Part shown: piece after piece, positions 27,401 to 40,300 of the stretch | Layout: every line of letters begins with the position of its first letter | Numbering within the stretch: position 1 is the first letter of the stretch | Program-made: the position numbers and the translations under genes | Origin: Trichoplax adhaerens | Taxonomy: Eukaryota; Animalia; Placozoa | DNA length: 64,000 bases | Assembly: GCF_000150275.1 (NCBI RefSeq) | Contig: NW_002060963.1 | Coordinates: forward strand, 419,978 to 483,977 | Reading direction: 5' to 3' | Notes under the pieces: generated by a model | What the model was told of the DNA's origin: nothing | Database searches by the model: none | What the model saw: only the letters and a program-made list of their open reading frames with translations

Positions 27401-28060
27401 ATCGTCTTCTAGCATAACGCCCAACACTATCTAAAAATCCTGAATGCTCATTAACATGTTTACAACTGATTTGCTTAAAGAATTTGACCATCTTGTGATG
27501 ACACATATAAAAGTAAAAGGATGCATTGCCAGCGATATGAAGATTCCATAAACCACACATCACCATCAATGTCATCGAGGATGTATTGGTATAATTGGAA
27601 AGACTAGGCCATAATCTTACAGCATTAAACCATAATAAAATACAAATTACCATGGCATAGATTCGTTGAAAAATGAAGACAATGTTATTAATTTGTTTCC
27701 TTTCTAATGGGCAATTTATTAACTTATAGGTAGAAGCAGAGTGCTTATTATGATACGGATCGCTGGTGTTGGTTTGATCTAGGATCGAATAATATAAGCC
27801 AAATGCCTTTAATATCCTTAAATAGGTTTTATAGCGGTCATTATTGGGCTGGCAGTGATGGTCACCCATTTCATACCATTATCTTTCGCGTAATTTTTAT
27901 CACATTCTTTATCTACATTATTTTCGCGTGATGATGCCGTAAGACAAGGAAGATGAATCTCATTTTTATTTGAATTTTGCTCATCATTATCCCTGCTGAC
28001 AGGAGCCACATCATTGCTCGGTTTTATTTCTATAGCTTCTTTCTTCTGTGTCATCGCCAT
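24435..28060 (-). CDS. Gustatory receptor-like (GRL / 7TM chemosensory ion channel family) gene with an apparent 1-nt frameshift near 27820
   Basis: Long first exon 28060-26847, then phase-0 exons 26606-26538 (AHSSNSILYSLQ..LAE), 25867-25778 (LSLFQSRLLGGPIGISVGGFFVITKPLILT) and 24494-24435 (LIGIFITYFFLLAQINGKA*). The TM7 motif TYhhhhhQ and three 3' phase-0 introns are typical of GR/GRL genes. Confidence 0.85.
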
Positions 28061-29140
28061 TACACAAATCTGTCTAGGTGCTTTATTGAAGAAGTCTATT
28101 CTACTGTATACTGATAGTAGTAACATAGAGGAAAGTAACGCGCATTTCTAGTAATTGGTTAATTAACCAATTCGCCTTATTTGCCTCAAGTACATTCTAG
28201 TGATGCTACGCTAAAATTTTGATTGTAAGGGATTTTATATAGTATAAAACTACTGCAAACTTACAGTCTCCAAAGGATAAATTGGCAAATCTTCCTATTA
28301 TTAATTTACCAGTAGAAATATTTAACTCTCCTATCAAAAACAAAAGATACAATTTTTATTGAGATGGAAAAAAACACACAGCTGTTCTAAATAATTTTAC
28401 GTCTATTGTTGAAGTTTTGAAATTATTTTTGCTTCATTAGCTACGGTACTATATTGCAACTACAAGAATTTCTAATCAGCAGATCGGATATGTCAACAAT
28501 CTTCGGTTGTTACGATATTAAATTGAAACGCCAGCTGTAACTTCATTTAAAATTGAACGATCGTTCTCTTTAAATAAACAACATTCAATTATATAATTCT
28601 AGCTTGCCATAGACATTTTGATTACATTGATCATAGGTATCGAACCTGAATTAGAATTTTTTTGTCAGTTTATTGCCAATAAAATCCTAGGAGGTTCTGT
28701 ATATGGGCTATTTAAATCAAAGTTGAATTTGAATACATGCTAACGAGTGCAGAGATTATCCAAAGCCATTGAACAATAACTTTTATCATTATTTTCGCTG
28801 CTCTACTATATTTGAAGAATACCGCAGAATACAGTATGCATACTGTGATTTTTATATGATATCTTATTCTAGGACACTACTACTTTCTTAATCTATTGAG
28901 GGCTTCCAGCAAAGGAGTTTTATTTAGTTTATTTATTACGGTATTAAGTGATATGTGAATGTTGAAGATTTGATGAGATGGATGAGGGGCACAAAATGGA
29001 TTCGTTAAGAGACTTTATTAGCAGAACATCTAGCATAAGATGATGACAATCACTGCTCGCCTTCTACTGTATATAGAGTTGATACTGTACTAGCTGCTTT
29101 CGCATATTTTGCTATACAAAGCATCTGTTGTATGTTAATA

Positions 29141-29209
29141 CAGGGACTACACAACTAAGATTTCCCCTCCAAAATTTCGGAGAGGGTAATCTTAGTTAGG
29201 TAGCCCCTG
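29141..29209. mobile_element. 69-bp palindromic element (possible tiny MITE or solo-TIR remnant)
   Basis: CAGGGACTACACAACTAAGATTTCCCCTCC pairs with GGAGAGGGTAATCTTAGTTAGGTAGCCCCTG over about 30 bp with few mismatches; flanks GTTAATA and CTTAATA. Confidence 0.5.
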
Positions 29210-30409
29210 CTTAATAGCAATAATGTAACAATGGAAATTTATAAGGTGAGAAAATTAAACTATTACAGAAAACTAAACTGCAAGTCTGCTACCAGGCTTA
29301 TCTTTCCCGACACCCATATACAGTACGAATCTAAATACTAACGATTTGCTATCGTCTGGGGGAATAGTAACCCTGCTACTCTCTCATGGACAAGACTAAA
29401 CACAAACTCTATTGAAGAATCAGTCGACTTGTAGTAATTCTACTTAAATATTGATCATCAGCGCTTAGATAATATTATAAATAAATTAGGCATTTATCTA
29501 CAAAAGAATGCATAACGCCATAGATAACCGTATTCTTAACATGAGACCAAAGTATGTTATCTGACATAAATAAGATCATCATTAGTTCGCGATAGTCACT
29601 TAGCAATAAATGATTAGGGCAAAACATCTTGAATAATTTACAATACATCATTATCGATCAGTTTTTATTCAATGGCCTTAATAAGGGTATAATTTTGTGA
29701 AAGTGACTACAATGTGATATAATTCTTATCCCAATCGCTAGCAAGATCTGTATGAGATGGTAAAATAGATCAACAATCTACGTAAAACCTTAACTACAGC
29801 AACTAGCCTATTGGATAGAATTTAACAATAAGTTGATGATAAAGGACTTGAGTAAAATTTCTTGATGGATCTACACTAGTACTGGTATGACTATAATATC
29901 CATCAGTTCCTAGGTTAAGCTATAATAGGTATCACTCTCTGAAAATGACTAAAATGCAATGGATATTATTGGAATAACTACTGCACTAGGTAGTTGCATA
30001 GTGCATAGGATGGAAAATACAGTAGAAGACCTTTACTGCAACAGAAAGCTCGTCTGGGTAAGATTAACAATTAGACGATGATAAACAGTAGTAAAATTTC
30101 TAAATGGATTTGCACTAGTTTTGCCATGATTAAACTATTCATCAGTTCCAAGGTAAAGCCTATAATAGACACTACCTATAGGCATTACTGATGTGCGTAT
30201 GTCATATAACGCAAAATTGGCGAATAATATATGATACATGCGGTAAAATAGTGTTAAACCTGGGATTCACTAGCCCTTTAGTCAATCTGAAGATTGACCG
30301 AATCAGGTTTTGATCATAATTAATATGCACACTTATGGTAAATATACAATATCTCTATACAATATAGCTACTGCATAACTATGATATTAATTCATAGTAC
30401 AGCCATATA

Positions 30410-33400
30410 CCATATTATACCCATATTAAATAGATCAAATATCTATTACTATAGCTATAGCTAGTGTACGTATAGGCTATTTTAATATAAAGCGCTGATT
30501 CAATTAAATTGAAGTTCAGTTTGTCTGCGTATTAATTACTAAATTAAATTATTTAAATAAGTGTATATATGTTAGGGTTACATTTACATATTTACTGTCT
30601 TTTTGAGTCTATTTATGAACTTTGTCTATGCCGCAGGCAGCATACGCGTATGTGTGGGCATGTGCACAATGCCATGTACTGCAAACGCGCAAGAGCATAC
30701 TACATAATATAAGAAATATTTTACATGATGTAATATTTCATGTCTTGGTCAAAGTCTATCATAATATGTCTACGCAAGCATGAACAAGCATAAAGCAAGA
30801 AAAGCCATAAAGATAAAGGGAAAAAACTGAGTTATTTTAGTCTATCATGATGCAATCATGATCTTATGATCTATTAATATGGTCTACTGCTCATAAATTC
30901 TTTATTAGCTGAAAAAATACTTTTGGTTGGACCACTTGTATTAGTTAAGATTCTGACATCATAGAGAATCCATAACTCTCTGCAAAAAGACTTGTAACTC
31001 GTTTATTTTTGGACACGTTACTGATATAAATGTACAGCCCCGTAAAAGATAATAATTTATAATATTTCCTGCTCAATATTATAATTATTCTTTATTATCG
31101 TTCTATCTTATCGATGAGTTACCCTAAGCTGATCAGAGTAAACCTGAATGCGATACATTAATTACTATTCGAGAAAATTTCGGAAACGATCGATTTACTC
31201 TTCCTCTAGAAATCTGTACAATTAGGACGACCAGCCGCTTCAGGTACTTTTTAAATTATTTTACATCTAAAATAAATACTCAATTTAAAACGTAATTGCT
31301 TTGTAAGCTACTCAGTTGCCATCCTTGCAAATTGATTTGAAGGTATTTACAATATACAGTTCGTAGGATTATTTAAACATCAGTAAAGCTTACACCAGCT
31401 ATTGCTGTAATCGATAAAGGGCGTTATTAATCCACCATGTTTTCTGATTCCCAAAAATATTTGTTATAATAGATATTAGTACTATCTCTTATATATTTGA
31501 TGCCCATCCATGAGTAATTTATTCCTAGTACGGTACTAATATAATTTCGCTATACCGTTATATTTTGTTATTTTGTTGCTAGGTGTAACTAAAGGATTAA
31601 AATCTTCGTACTACGAAAACGTTTACGTCATAATTTGTACTATATTTTACCAGTAGCTCATGAATCTTAGCTCTAGCTATTTACATTTAATAACTGTAAA
31701 GTAGCCTAAACCATGACTGTATTTATATCGCATTTTGAAGCCAAGATACAAATGCATGTTCCTTAATGCCATGAAATAATTTCAAAATGAACTGAACTGT
31801 TAGCTAATAATTATTCCTATAAGCTGTGGCTTTAATTAGGATATCATTACAAAACGCTCGCTTAATTAAGAAAAGATCTCCTACTTGGCTCTGATACGGC
31901 TAACCATTTCATCATGATTCATGAATGCTGTAATTTATTATGACACCCATGTAATACTTTTAGTCTAAATAGTCTATGATGTCGTTTCGGCATAATTGCA
32001 GTAAACTCATACGGATTTAATACATAGCACTGTAATTGATTAGAGTCTTTTTAATGGCCTTTGCATTTGTAATACACCTTATGTACGTAAAATAACAGAT
32101 CAACTTGAACTTGAATACTTAAATAATATCGTAAAGAAATGGTGTACATTGATATTTATTCATGATCTATATCACAAGCAATATAATAAGTTAGAAAAGA
32201 ATTTTATTATTAAATCCAAGCTAGTATGGTGCAAGCGCGTTCTGACAACATGCTACAATGTAGAGGATAATTAAATGTTGCTTGCTAAATAGATTATCTA
32301 TCACTTTGTATCTATACAGAAAAATGAAAGCCAACATTGACCAAGAATCGTGTAGGAGCTATGATGCAGCTATCGAATCTCAATGCAATAGATCTGGTAA
32401 TAAACGGAAAAAAATTGCTTATACATTAAAATAAATCTTTAATATGTACAGTATTAAAAATAAGTGATTCTAATTGTAAGGTAAAATTAAATGAGTAAAT
32501 AATATTTAATATTAATATATACGTAATCGTTCTGTAATCCTTAACATGGATGTAAAAGAATTTACTATATGAAATAGCATAGCTTAGATCATAGCCTAAA
32601 TATAGCCATTGAAATTCACGTATCATGATGACATGTTATGTTATTAGCGAAAGGGTATAAGCACAAGTTGCCTAATAAAAAGAACTGATTTACAAGCTAC
32701 TCTCGGAGTAAGCAACGTGTAAAATAATAGTTTATGTACATAACAATCATAATTTAGTTACTATGCATACTCGGACAGGAGTTAATAAATATTTTGGAAT
32801 GACTACCATAAACTAGCTTGATTGCTCAATTATACGCATTAACTAATCGGATACAGTTCCTACGCTGATTCATTATAATTAATATCTTTTATAGCACCTA
32901 ATAACGAAGAAATCAGTAGATTCCCAAATCAATCTAGTTATCGTAAGACTATAACAGGTATATGTCTGGTATTGGGTCTTGCTCTTTGTCGATCAGGAAT
33001 GGCTCAATTTGGTAGAAACTTATATACTAATGGCAATTTCACTGCGACGTCACTAGTTGTATGGTAAATATTGCTACGATATTCAAGAATATGTTATTAT
33101 CAAATGGTGTCAAATAACTATGGGATAATGATATAATAAATAGTATAACTATAGTCAAAATTTTTATGCAGTATATCAGCAGTAAAATTATTGTTATAGG
33201 TTTAGTTAATAACTACCTTAATGCATACTAAGTCTACAAGGTCTTATTTACCACAAGTGCTCTTTAAATTGCGTAGGCAAAGTACTATTAGGCTGTAATT
33301 ACCATATTTAATAATCTGATTAATGATCATTAATAACATAAGGGCTTCAAGATCAACGGCAATCGTTGTTTATCCTACAGTAGCGACAATAATGACATTT

Positions 33401-35560
33401 TTTGGTCACACGCATAAAGACCTATACAGGTAACGTTAATCAAGATTAAGTTATAATACAACATTTATTTACATGCTATAGCGGAATACTATCTCATGTT
33501 TATTACCGTTATGTATCTAAATGAAGACTAATTAAAATGACTTACTTTGTGCAATACATAATAGTACTGGATAGTTGTATAGCTACATTTTAAAATAACA
33601 AATAATTACTACAAATTTATAGAGAGGGATGTCAAACTTTTGGCAAGGGTCGGCTGTCAATCTTAAATGTTATGAAGAAAATATTTCCATTGACGATGGT
33701 ATCCGTAGTGGGAACATATTGCAATTATTATGCCCTTTCACTGACCTCTGCAACTAATGTAACGGCCGTGACTGCTGCCTCTGCTGCTTTCGTTTATATT
33801 TTATCATTAATATGGCTGAAAGAGCCGTTCCTAGTTTTGCGGGTAAATATAATAATTAAAAATTTGTTAACTACTGAACATTAAAGAACGTTTGTTGAAC
33901 TTATACGATCAAAGTATTGATCATATTGAATTTTAATAAAGTAAACTTGTAAAATAGCCACAAGATAATTACTTCATGATATCTGTACGTATATATTTAA
34001 CAAAACAGAATTTTTCTCCGCATTTTGAAATAACTATTATTTTTACATATCGCTGCTTTAATAGATGCTCGCTGTCTTAACGTCAGTAGCTGGTGTCATT
34101 TTAATAGCCTATTCTGAAGGTTTTGGATCTTATGGAAGTATCGGTATTGCTTTGGCTACTGGAAATGCAATCTTTTCATCATTTTTTCGCGTAAGGATAA
34201 ATTATGAATTGCACTCGTGTGCACTCAGAAGAACAAACATCGAGTTAAATATTGCTATTTTTTTCCATTGTAACGGATCAATGATGATGTCTTGGCATTT
34301 ATTAACCTCTTGTACTATTTCGTTTAAAGGTGTTCACGAAAAAGATAATTGGACAAGCAACTATAGTACAATCATCTTTCTTTTTGAGTATTTTGAGCCT
34401 TCAAATGTGTCTAGTATACTGGATTCCCGTAGTAGTATTAATATTAACTAAAATTGAAGTCGTTACGGCCGATAATTTTCCTTTAATTCCATTTTTGTTA
34501 ACACTGCTAGTGATTTTATGTTATACTATTATTCTGATTGTGGGAATAGGTATAACCTATCCCATATACATGTCGATGGGCCCGCTTTTAGCCATTCCTA
34601 TTAATGCACTAATCGATGTTTATTACGAAAATTTGTTTTTCGATGATATAAAGATTGTTGGTACACTTGCCGTAGTTCTTGGATTTTTAGTTTTGACCAT
34701 TCCTATTCCTATTATAGCATCATTTTCATCGAAAATACGTTCAAAAACTCTATTTCTATTTAAATGATTAATCAATCAATTAGGTAGTAGAAGTTCTGAA
34801 TATTACCGACATCAATGAAGAACATATCTTAACAGCAAATAGTTATATTATTCAATTTACGCTAATGTTGAAGTCCAACTGATAACTAATATGTTGTGAG
34901 ATCTTCTCCTAAAAGATGAGAATGTTATGTAACGTTTATTAAAATTCCTACCAATGTAATGATCATATATATAGTGAGGTGCTACATCCGTAGTATTTGC
35001 AATTTGTGTTTTATTTATTCATAATTCCGGAAATGTGAAATTTCTGGATCTGTAATGATGTGACATATACGTAAATTTAATTTATCAATAGTCACAAATC
35101 GTTTAATATTTATTTAAAACAATATAGCTTGATGATTCAGTCCTCTCTAATCTAATAGAATTAATTATTGACGATAAATATGCGTAATAATTGCTCTAAT
35201 CGATGCATATTCTGTCTGTAATTAATATAATATAATCTTTACTCTGAAAATTGAGTAATGTTAATTGATGGATTTACAATAACTCAATAATTACTATTAA
35301 AGGCAAGATCACTGAACACTTACTTCGACAAGTGTATTTGTAGTCGTCTAATGATTTACGTTTAGTGTCATCGCATGATGAATGACTGAAATTTGTTATA
35401 AGATACTGAATAAATATATAGTTTACTGTATGAGAATGTCAGGGATACTGTTTTCTGCGTCAGTCACTTTATGTACTTATTTTACATTGAATCATACTAT
35501 CGTTATTCATAAAGTCGGAATGGTTATTACGAATTTTTTCAGCCATTAGAGTGAATCTTA
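30410..35560 (+). repeat. Segmental paralogy block with about 18390-23770 (SLC35F copy 3 versus copy 2, including non-coding flanks)
   Basis: Collinear shared non-coding motifs, e.g. CTGATATAAATGTA (18971/31021), AGTTACCCTAAGCTG (19062/31117), TTGATGATTCAGTCCT (23344/35129). Confidence 0.85.
32324..34767 (+). CDS. SLC35F3/F4-like transporter, copy 3
   Basis: MKANIDQES start, same six-exon layout with intact splice sites, ends KTLFLFK*. Confidence 0.85.
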
Positions 35561-35968
35561 CTATAGTACGGTACAGCATTATATAAAGCTAATTACGGTT
35601 TATCCATCTAAGGTAGAAGAAAACTGGTGGAGAGATCTGGCAGTAGTGCTGTGTTTGTAGTCGTCTAATGGTTTACGTTTAGTATCATCGCATGATGAAT
35701 GACTGAAATTTATTATAAGATACTGAATAAATATATAGTTTACGCTGTGAGCATGTCCGGGATACCGTTTTCTGCATCAGTCACTTTATGTACTTATTTT
35801 ATATTGAATCATACTTATGATTATTCATAAAGTCGGAATGGTCATTACAAATTTTTTCAGCCATTAGAGTGAATCTTACTATAGTACAGTATAGCACTAT
35901 ATAAAGCTAATTACGGTTTATCCATCTAGGGTAGAGGAAAACTGGTGGACAGATCTGGTAGTAGCGCT
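35337..35968. repeat. Recent tandem duplication with a period of about 317 bp
   Basis: TTTGTAGTCGTCTAATG...GGTTTATCCATCTA.GGTAGA.GAAAACTGGTGGA recurs at 35337 and 35654 with high identity. Confidence 0.92.
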
Positions 35969-36520
35969 CTGTAGTATTCTCGGCTTTATTCTTACCACTT
36001 GCTGCAGAATGATATCTTGTAGTTGAACCATTGAAGCTGTATTGCTCTAAGGCAAGTCTTGTCTTTTGTCGGCTCGTTGTCTAATAGAAGATCCCGCAGC
36101 TTCATTTTCCTCTCGAATCTATTCTACTGTAAGCTAGAGGAAAACTTGCGAAGAGAGCTGGTAGATCACACATAATACAATAATATCTTGTAGATAGACC
36201 ATTGAAGGTATCATATATAGGATAGGTCTTGTCTTTTGTCAGTTAGTTGTGCTGTGTAGTAGAACATCCAACTACTTCACTATCCTCTACGACGTTGCTT
36301 TCCTCTCTAATCTATTCTAAGCTAGAGGAAAACTTGGGAAGAAAGCTGGTAGAAGGGCTTAGACTAACCTCTCGGCATTGTCCCTGCCTTACATTGTAGA
36401 ATAATGTCTTATAGATAGATCATTGAAACTGTATAGGATAAGTCATGTCTTTTGTCAGTTGGTTGTGCTGTAGAGTAGAACACCAACAGCTTCGTTTTCC
36501 TCTCGAATCCATTCTAGGCT
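35930..36520. repeat. Three diverged tandem units of about 170-230 bp
   Basis: Recurring blocks TAGAGGAAAACT, ATCTTGTAG...CCATTGAA, GTCTTTTGTC and TTCCTCTC.AATC.ATTCTA. Confidence 0.8.
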
Positions 36521-36975
36521 CTTTGTCGAGGTACTGTACTGGTATCGCAACGAGTTTAGTTATTGCATACATTTTGATTGTTAGTTACTGTACATTATTG
36601 TAGATAGGTCCTATCTGATAGCGCAAAGGTCAGATCGTGTTGTAATCATGTTTAATCTCATGCAGTGTGCGTGCTCTAACATATTTCAAGTTAAGCTTAA
36701 TTATACTAATTTAGATCGAAGGATAGACAGACAGCTGATGTTGTAGGTCCGTATTAACTTTCATATATACAGAGTTCTAGTTTTGATCTTAACAAAGACT
36801 GGTGTCTGTGCTCAACTGGCTTTTAGAAGCAGTTTCTGTCTTGCAAAAGTGGGTTGCAATAGCTCGAGAAAAACTTGTGGAAAGACCTCGTCTATGTTGG
36901 ATGTTTTTGAATAAAAGCGGTAACAGATGCACTAGCTCGCAACGCCTGCGGTTAACGGTAGAGAGCTAGCGGGCA

Positions 36976-37054
36976 TTGATTGGTGATTGGTAACCTCCTG
37001 GCTTTTGTTCTTTTGTTTTCTTGCTCTGACGTCATACAAGTCACGTACGCCAAT
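36976..37054 (+). promoter_or_regulatory. Putative GRHPR proximal promoter (CCAAT boxes, CRE)
   Basis: Two ATTGG near 36979-36990, perfect TGACGTCA at 37027-37034 and CCAAT at 37050, about 330 bp upstream of the ATG. Confidence 0.4.
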
Positions 37055-37383
37055 CCACTTTAATAGAACTTTTCATTTGATAGGATAATATGAACGCGAT
37101 CAACCGAATAGATATTCGTATGGAAATCGACATCGGTTTGCGTAGTAGTTGTCTACATGGAAGTCGATCGCCATCCAAAAAAACACTCACACCCCAAATA
37201 AAATTGCCGGTAGCATCTCAGCTGATTACTTTGCATCCGGCAGTTTAGCATCCAATTACGGATTGAAGGTGGATATAAAGTTGTCGAGAGGGAAAAGAAA
37301 TCGCAAGGACTTCAAGTGAAATCGCTTTCCAGTATTTTGCAATTGTTTGGACAACCAGATTCTCCTATTGAACTACGCTAAGA

Positions 37384-40300
37384 ATGACTCGAGTCTATGT
37401 TACGAGATGTTTGCCTGAGGATAGTGCTCGCCTATTGCAGAAAGATGGGTAAGATTGAGACTAGAAGAGGAGGATAGATAATTTTTAATGCTCGCTATCT
37501 TTTCTTCTTACTTACTTGCTTGCTCAAACAAGTTGAATTGGAGTCTTATTTTCGTGTTCTATCACCGTATTCATCAGTAGTATGCTAGTGAGTGATAAAA
37601 AATGAGCCAAAGGTGATTAAAAAAAAATCAAGGTCAATCAACTTGATGAACATGTTGACGATGGCGAATTGGTTCAATGAGAAGAGGTCCAGGGTATGCT
37701 CTAAATGAGTCCTCGAATTTTAGCTTAGTTTATTTTTATATCCAGTTGGCAGTAATGCCTTCAGTGAGGATAACATAAAGGCATCAGATCACTCTGATGA
37801 TCGCTATAAGGGGAACTAGCATTGTTTATATTCGGATATTATTTGATTTTTCTGATAGGAAAAATAGACAAAAGCTAATTCATTAATAAGCGTAGAATTA
37901 TATATTTTACGTATTAATAAATGATGATTTATACTGTAAATCTTGATATACTATGTCATATTGAATACGTAATATCATTTCCTTATCGATTTACTTAGTG
38001 TAGTAGAGCGTTTCATAAGTTATCAATTAGATCCTGGACTTGAAGCTGTAGTACTGCATCGAGGAGAAAATTTCTATTTCCGTTGCAGCTATAATAGTTG
38101 TGAAAGACATCCGTTAGGATTCATTGAGTTGCTATGTTACGCTAACCAGACTCCATCCTGAATGCTCACGATTTCTGATCATGACCAAGATGAAGTAGCA
38201 GTCGTAACAACGGCAGTTAATGTACTTTTATGCAGCATTGTATCTGTTTATAATAGTTCAAGAGCTGAATATCCTCGCTAGGAACAACACTAGCATGACT
38301 TAACAATTGCAATTTTTCTTTCCTTAAAAGAGAAAGCTTCAAATACAAATTGTAAACCTACACTTCCGTACTGATCTGCTCATGAGTCCAAAACATCAAT
38401 TCCGTTCTTGTTAACTCCTTTAATGAGATTAATGCCATTTCCTTCGTGATCATCCTACGGTTATCATTTGATTTTTTATTTCTTAATATAATTACGTTCG
38501 ATATACATGGAGTACATGTAGTACAATTCATGACATTATGAATCTAAACCTCAATTCCGTTGTTGTAAACTCGTTCAATCAGATCAATGCCATTTCCTTC
38601 GTAATGAATCGAAGGTTATCATTTGATTCATTTCCCAATACATTACAGCATAGTATACTGCAATTACGTTCGATTTAGAGTACAGTGCAATTCATGGTGT
38701 TATTATCGTTTGAATATTTCCTAGCTATCGCTGCTATCATAAGAATTCATGATGTTCCTTGAATACTGTAATTCAGCCCTAATTTAGCTTCAGATTAAAA
38801 TTAAGAATACAGTATAGTCCTTGGTGGTTGTAAGACGAACCTAGTTTATGTAGTAAAGTAAAATTTACAAGAAACTGTAGTTGTTGTTTTATTATTTGAA
38901 GACACCTTATCACAAATGCTTAAAATAAACAGTTATTGTTAACATGGGTCCGCACGCACATACAGTGATGGCATTCTAGATAGATGAATTAGCTGCATTC
39001 GCTTTGCAAATCAATCAAAACGAATTCTTTAAGCTTACGATTGAACTCTCTACGTTTCCACGTTTTTTGCCGTTTCCTTTCATCTCCGTAATGATTAAAG
39101 TGTATTCAAAACGTCAAGCCATTTATTGAGAGGTTGCGTTTAACATTTTTGTCTAAAGGAAAGAAATTAAAAATTTTTTTAAGCAATGTACAGTATAATT
39201 TCAAGTCTTTTATATATCCAGCCATTAAATGGATTTGTTAATGGTTTACTTTATGTAGCATCAACGTCGTCATGAGAAGTACTGATGATGCTATACCAAG
39301 ACAAGAATTATTAGACAATATTCCAGGATGCGATGCACTCATTTGTATGCTGACGGATAAAGTTGACAAAGATGTCCTAGATGCAGCAGGCAAGCATGAT
39401 ACTAAATTAAATCATTTAACAAGTATACGCAGTTAATACTGTATTGGTACCATCTCTGCATTAGGATGAATGCTAATTTATTACCTGCTGTTACGATATA
39501 TTCATAATCACTTTGGATACATACAATTTTATTGATAAAAATGTAGGAGGTAATTTATTTTTATTTAGCATGTATAACACTAAATTGCATAATTGTCATT
39601 ACATGGATTGTTAGGCTATGAGATTGGCCAGATGTATCTGATAACGTTTTTACTCTATTTTATGATACAATAGGTCCAAGTTTAAAGGTTATCGCTACTG
39701 TTTCAGTTGGTTTTGACCATATTGATTTGGATGAATGTAAAAAGAGGTATTAATATCTTTAAATATATAAAGGCTTTGCTTTTTAGTAAGTGAATAAATA
39801 GAAATGAAAGGATTCAACATCTTCATAATAAGTGTGTTGTTCAGTATTTATTTTGAATATTGTATATTAAAGAATGAATAATACTTTACGGTTTAAAATT
39901 TTTCATCGTAATACTCGTAGAATTATACATAGTATGGTATTAATATTTGAGCTTTGTGTGCAGATAAAATTCGATAAAATATAAAAAGTCTGAAAATGTC
40001 TCTAAATTAGCGTTTAATGATCGTTAATTATATTTGTATCACCAAACTTCCGTCTTTGAAACTAGGAATATCGTTGTCAGTAACACCCCAAGAGTGTCAA
40101 CAGACGCAGTAGTAAGTGTTCAATTTTATTAACACGATGACTTGAGTTTACCCTTAATTGTCAGAAATGAATAAAGACGTTTTCTATCTTGACAGGCTGA
40201 ATTAACCGTAGCCTTACTTTTGGCCACGTCCAGGCGTCTTATGGAGTGTGCTAATGCTGTAAAAAAGTTAGTCCTTATAGATTACAATAAATTAGAGCTA

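Noticed and set aside
27815-27830. Canonical -1 programmed ribosomal frameshift in the GRL
   Set aside because: There is no X XXY YYZ slippery heptamer or evident downstream structure; an indel is the simpler explanation.
30571-30581. TAACCCTAAC on the minus strand, resembling a telomerase RNA template
   Set aside because: It lies in an AT-rich duplicated flank with no supporting structure, and a 10-mer can arise by chance.
36930-36970. CTAG-flanked small hairpin resembling a Helitron end
   Set aside because: The stem is too short and no other Helitron features are present.
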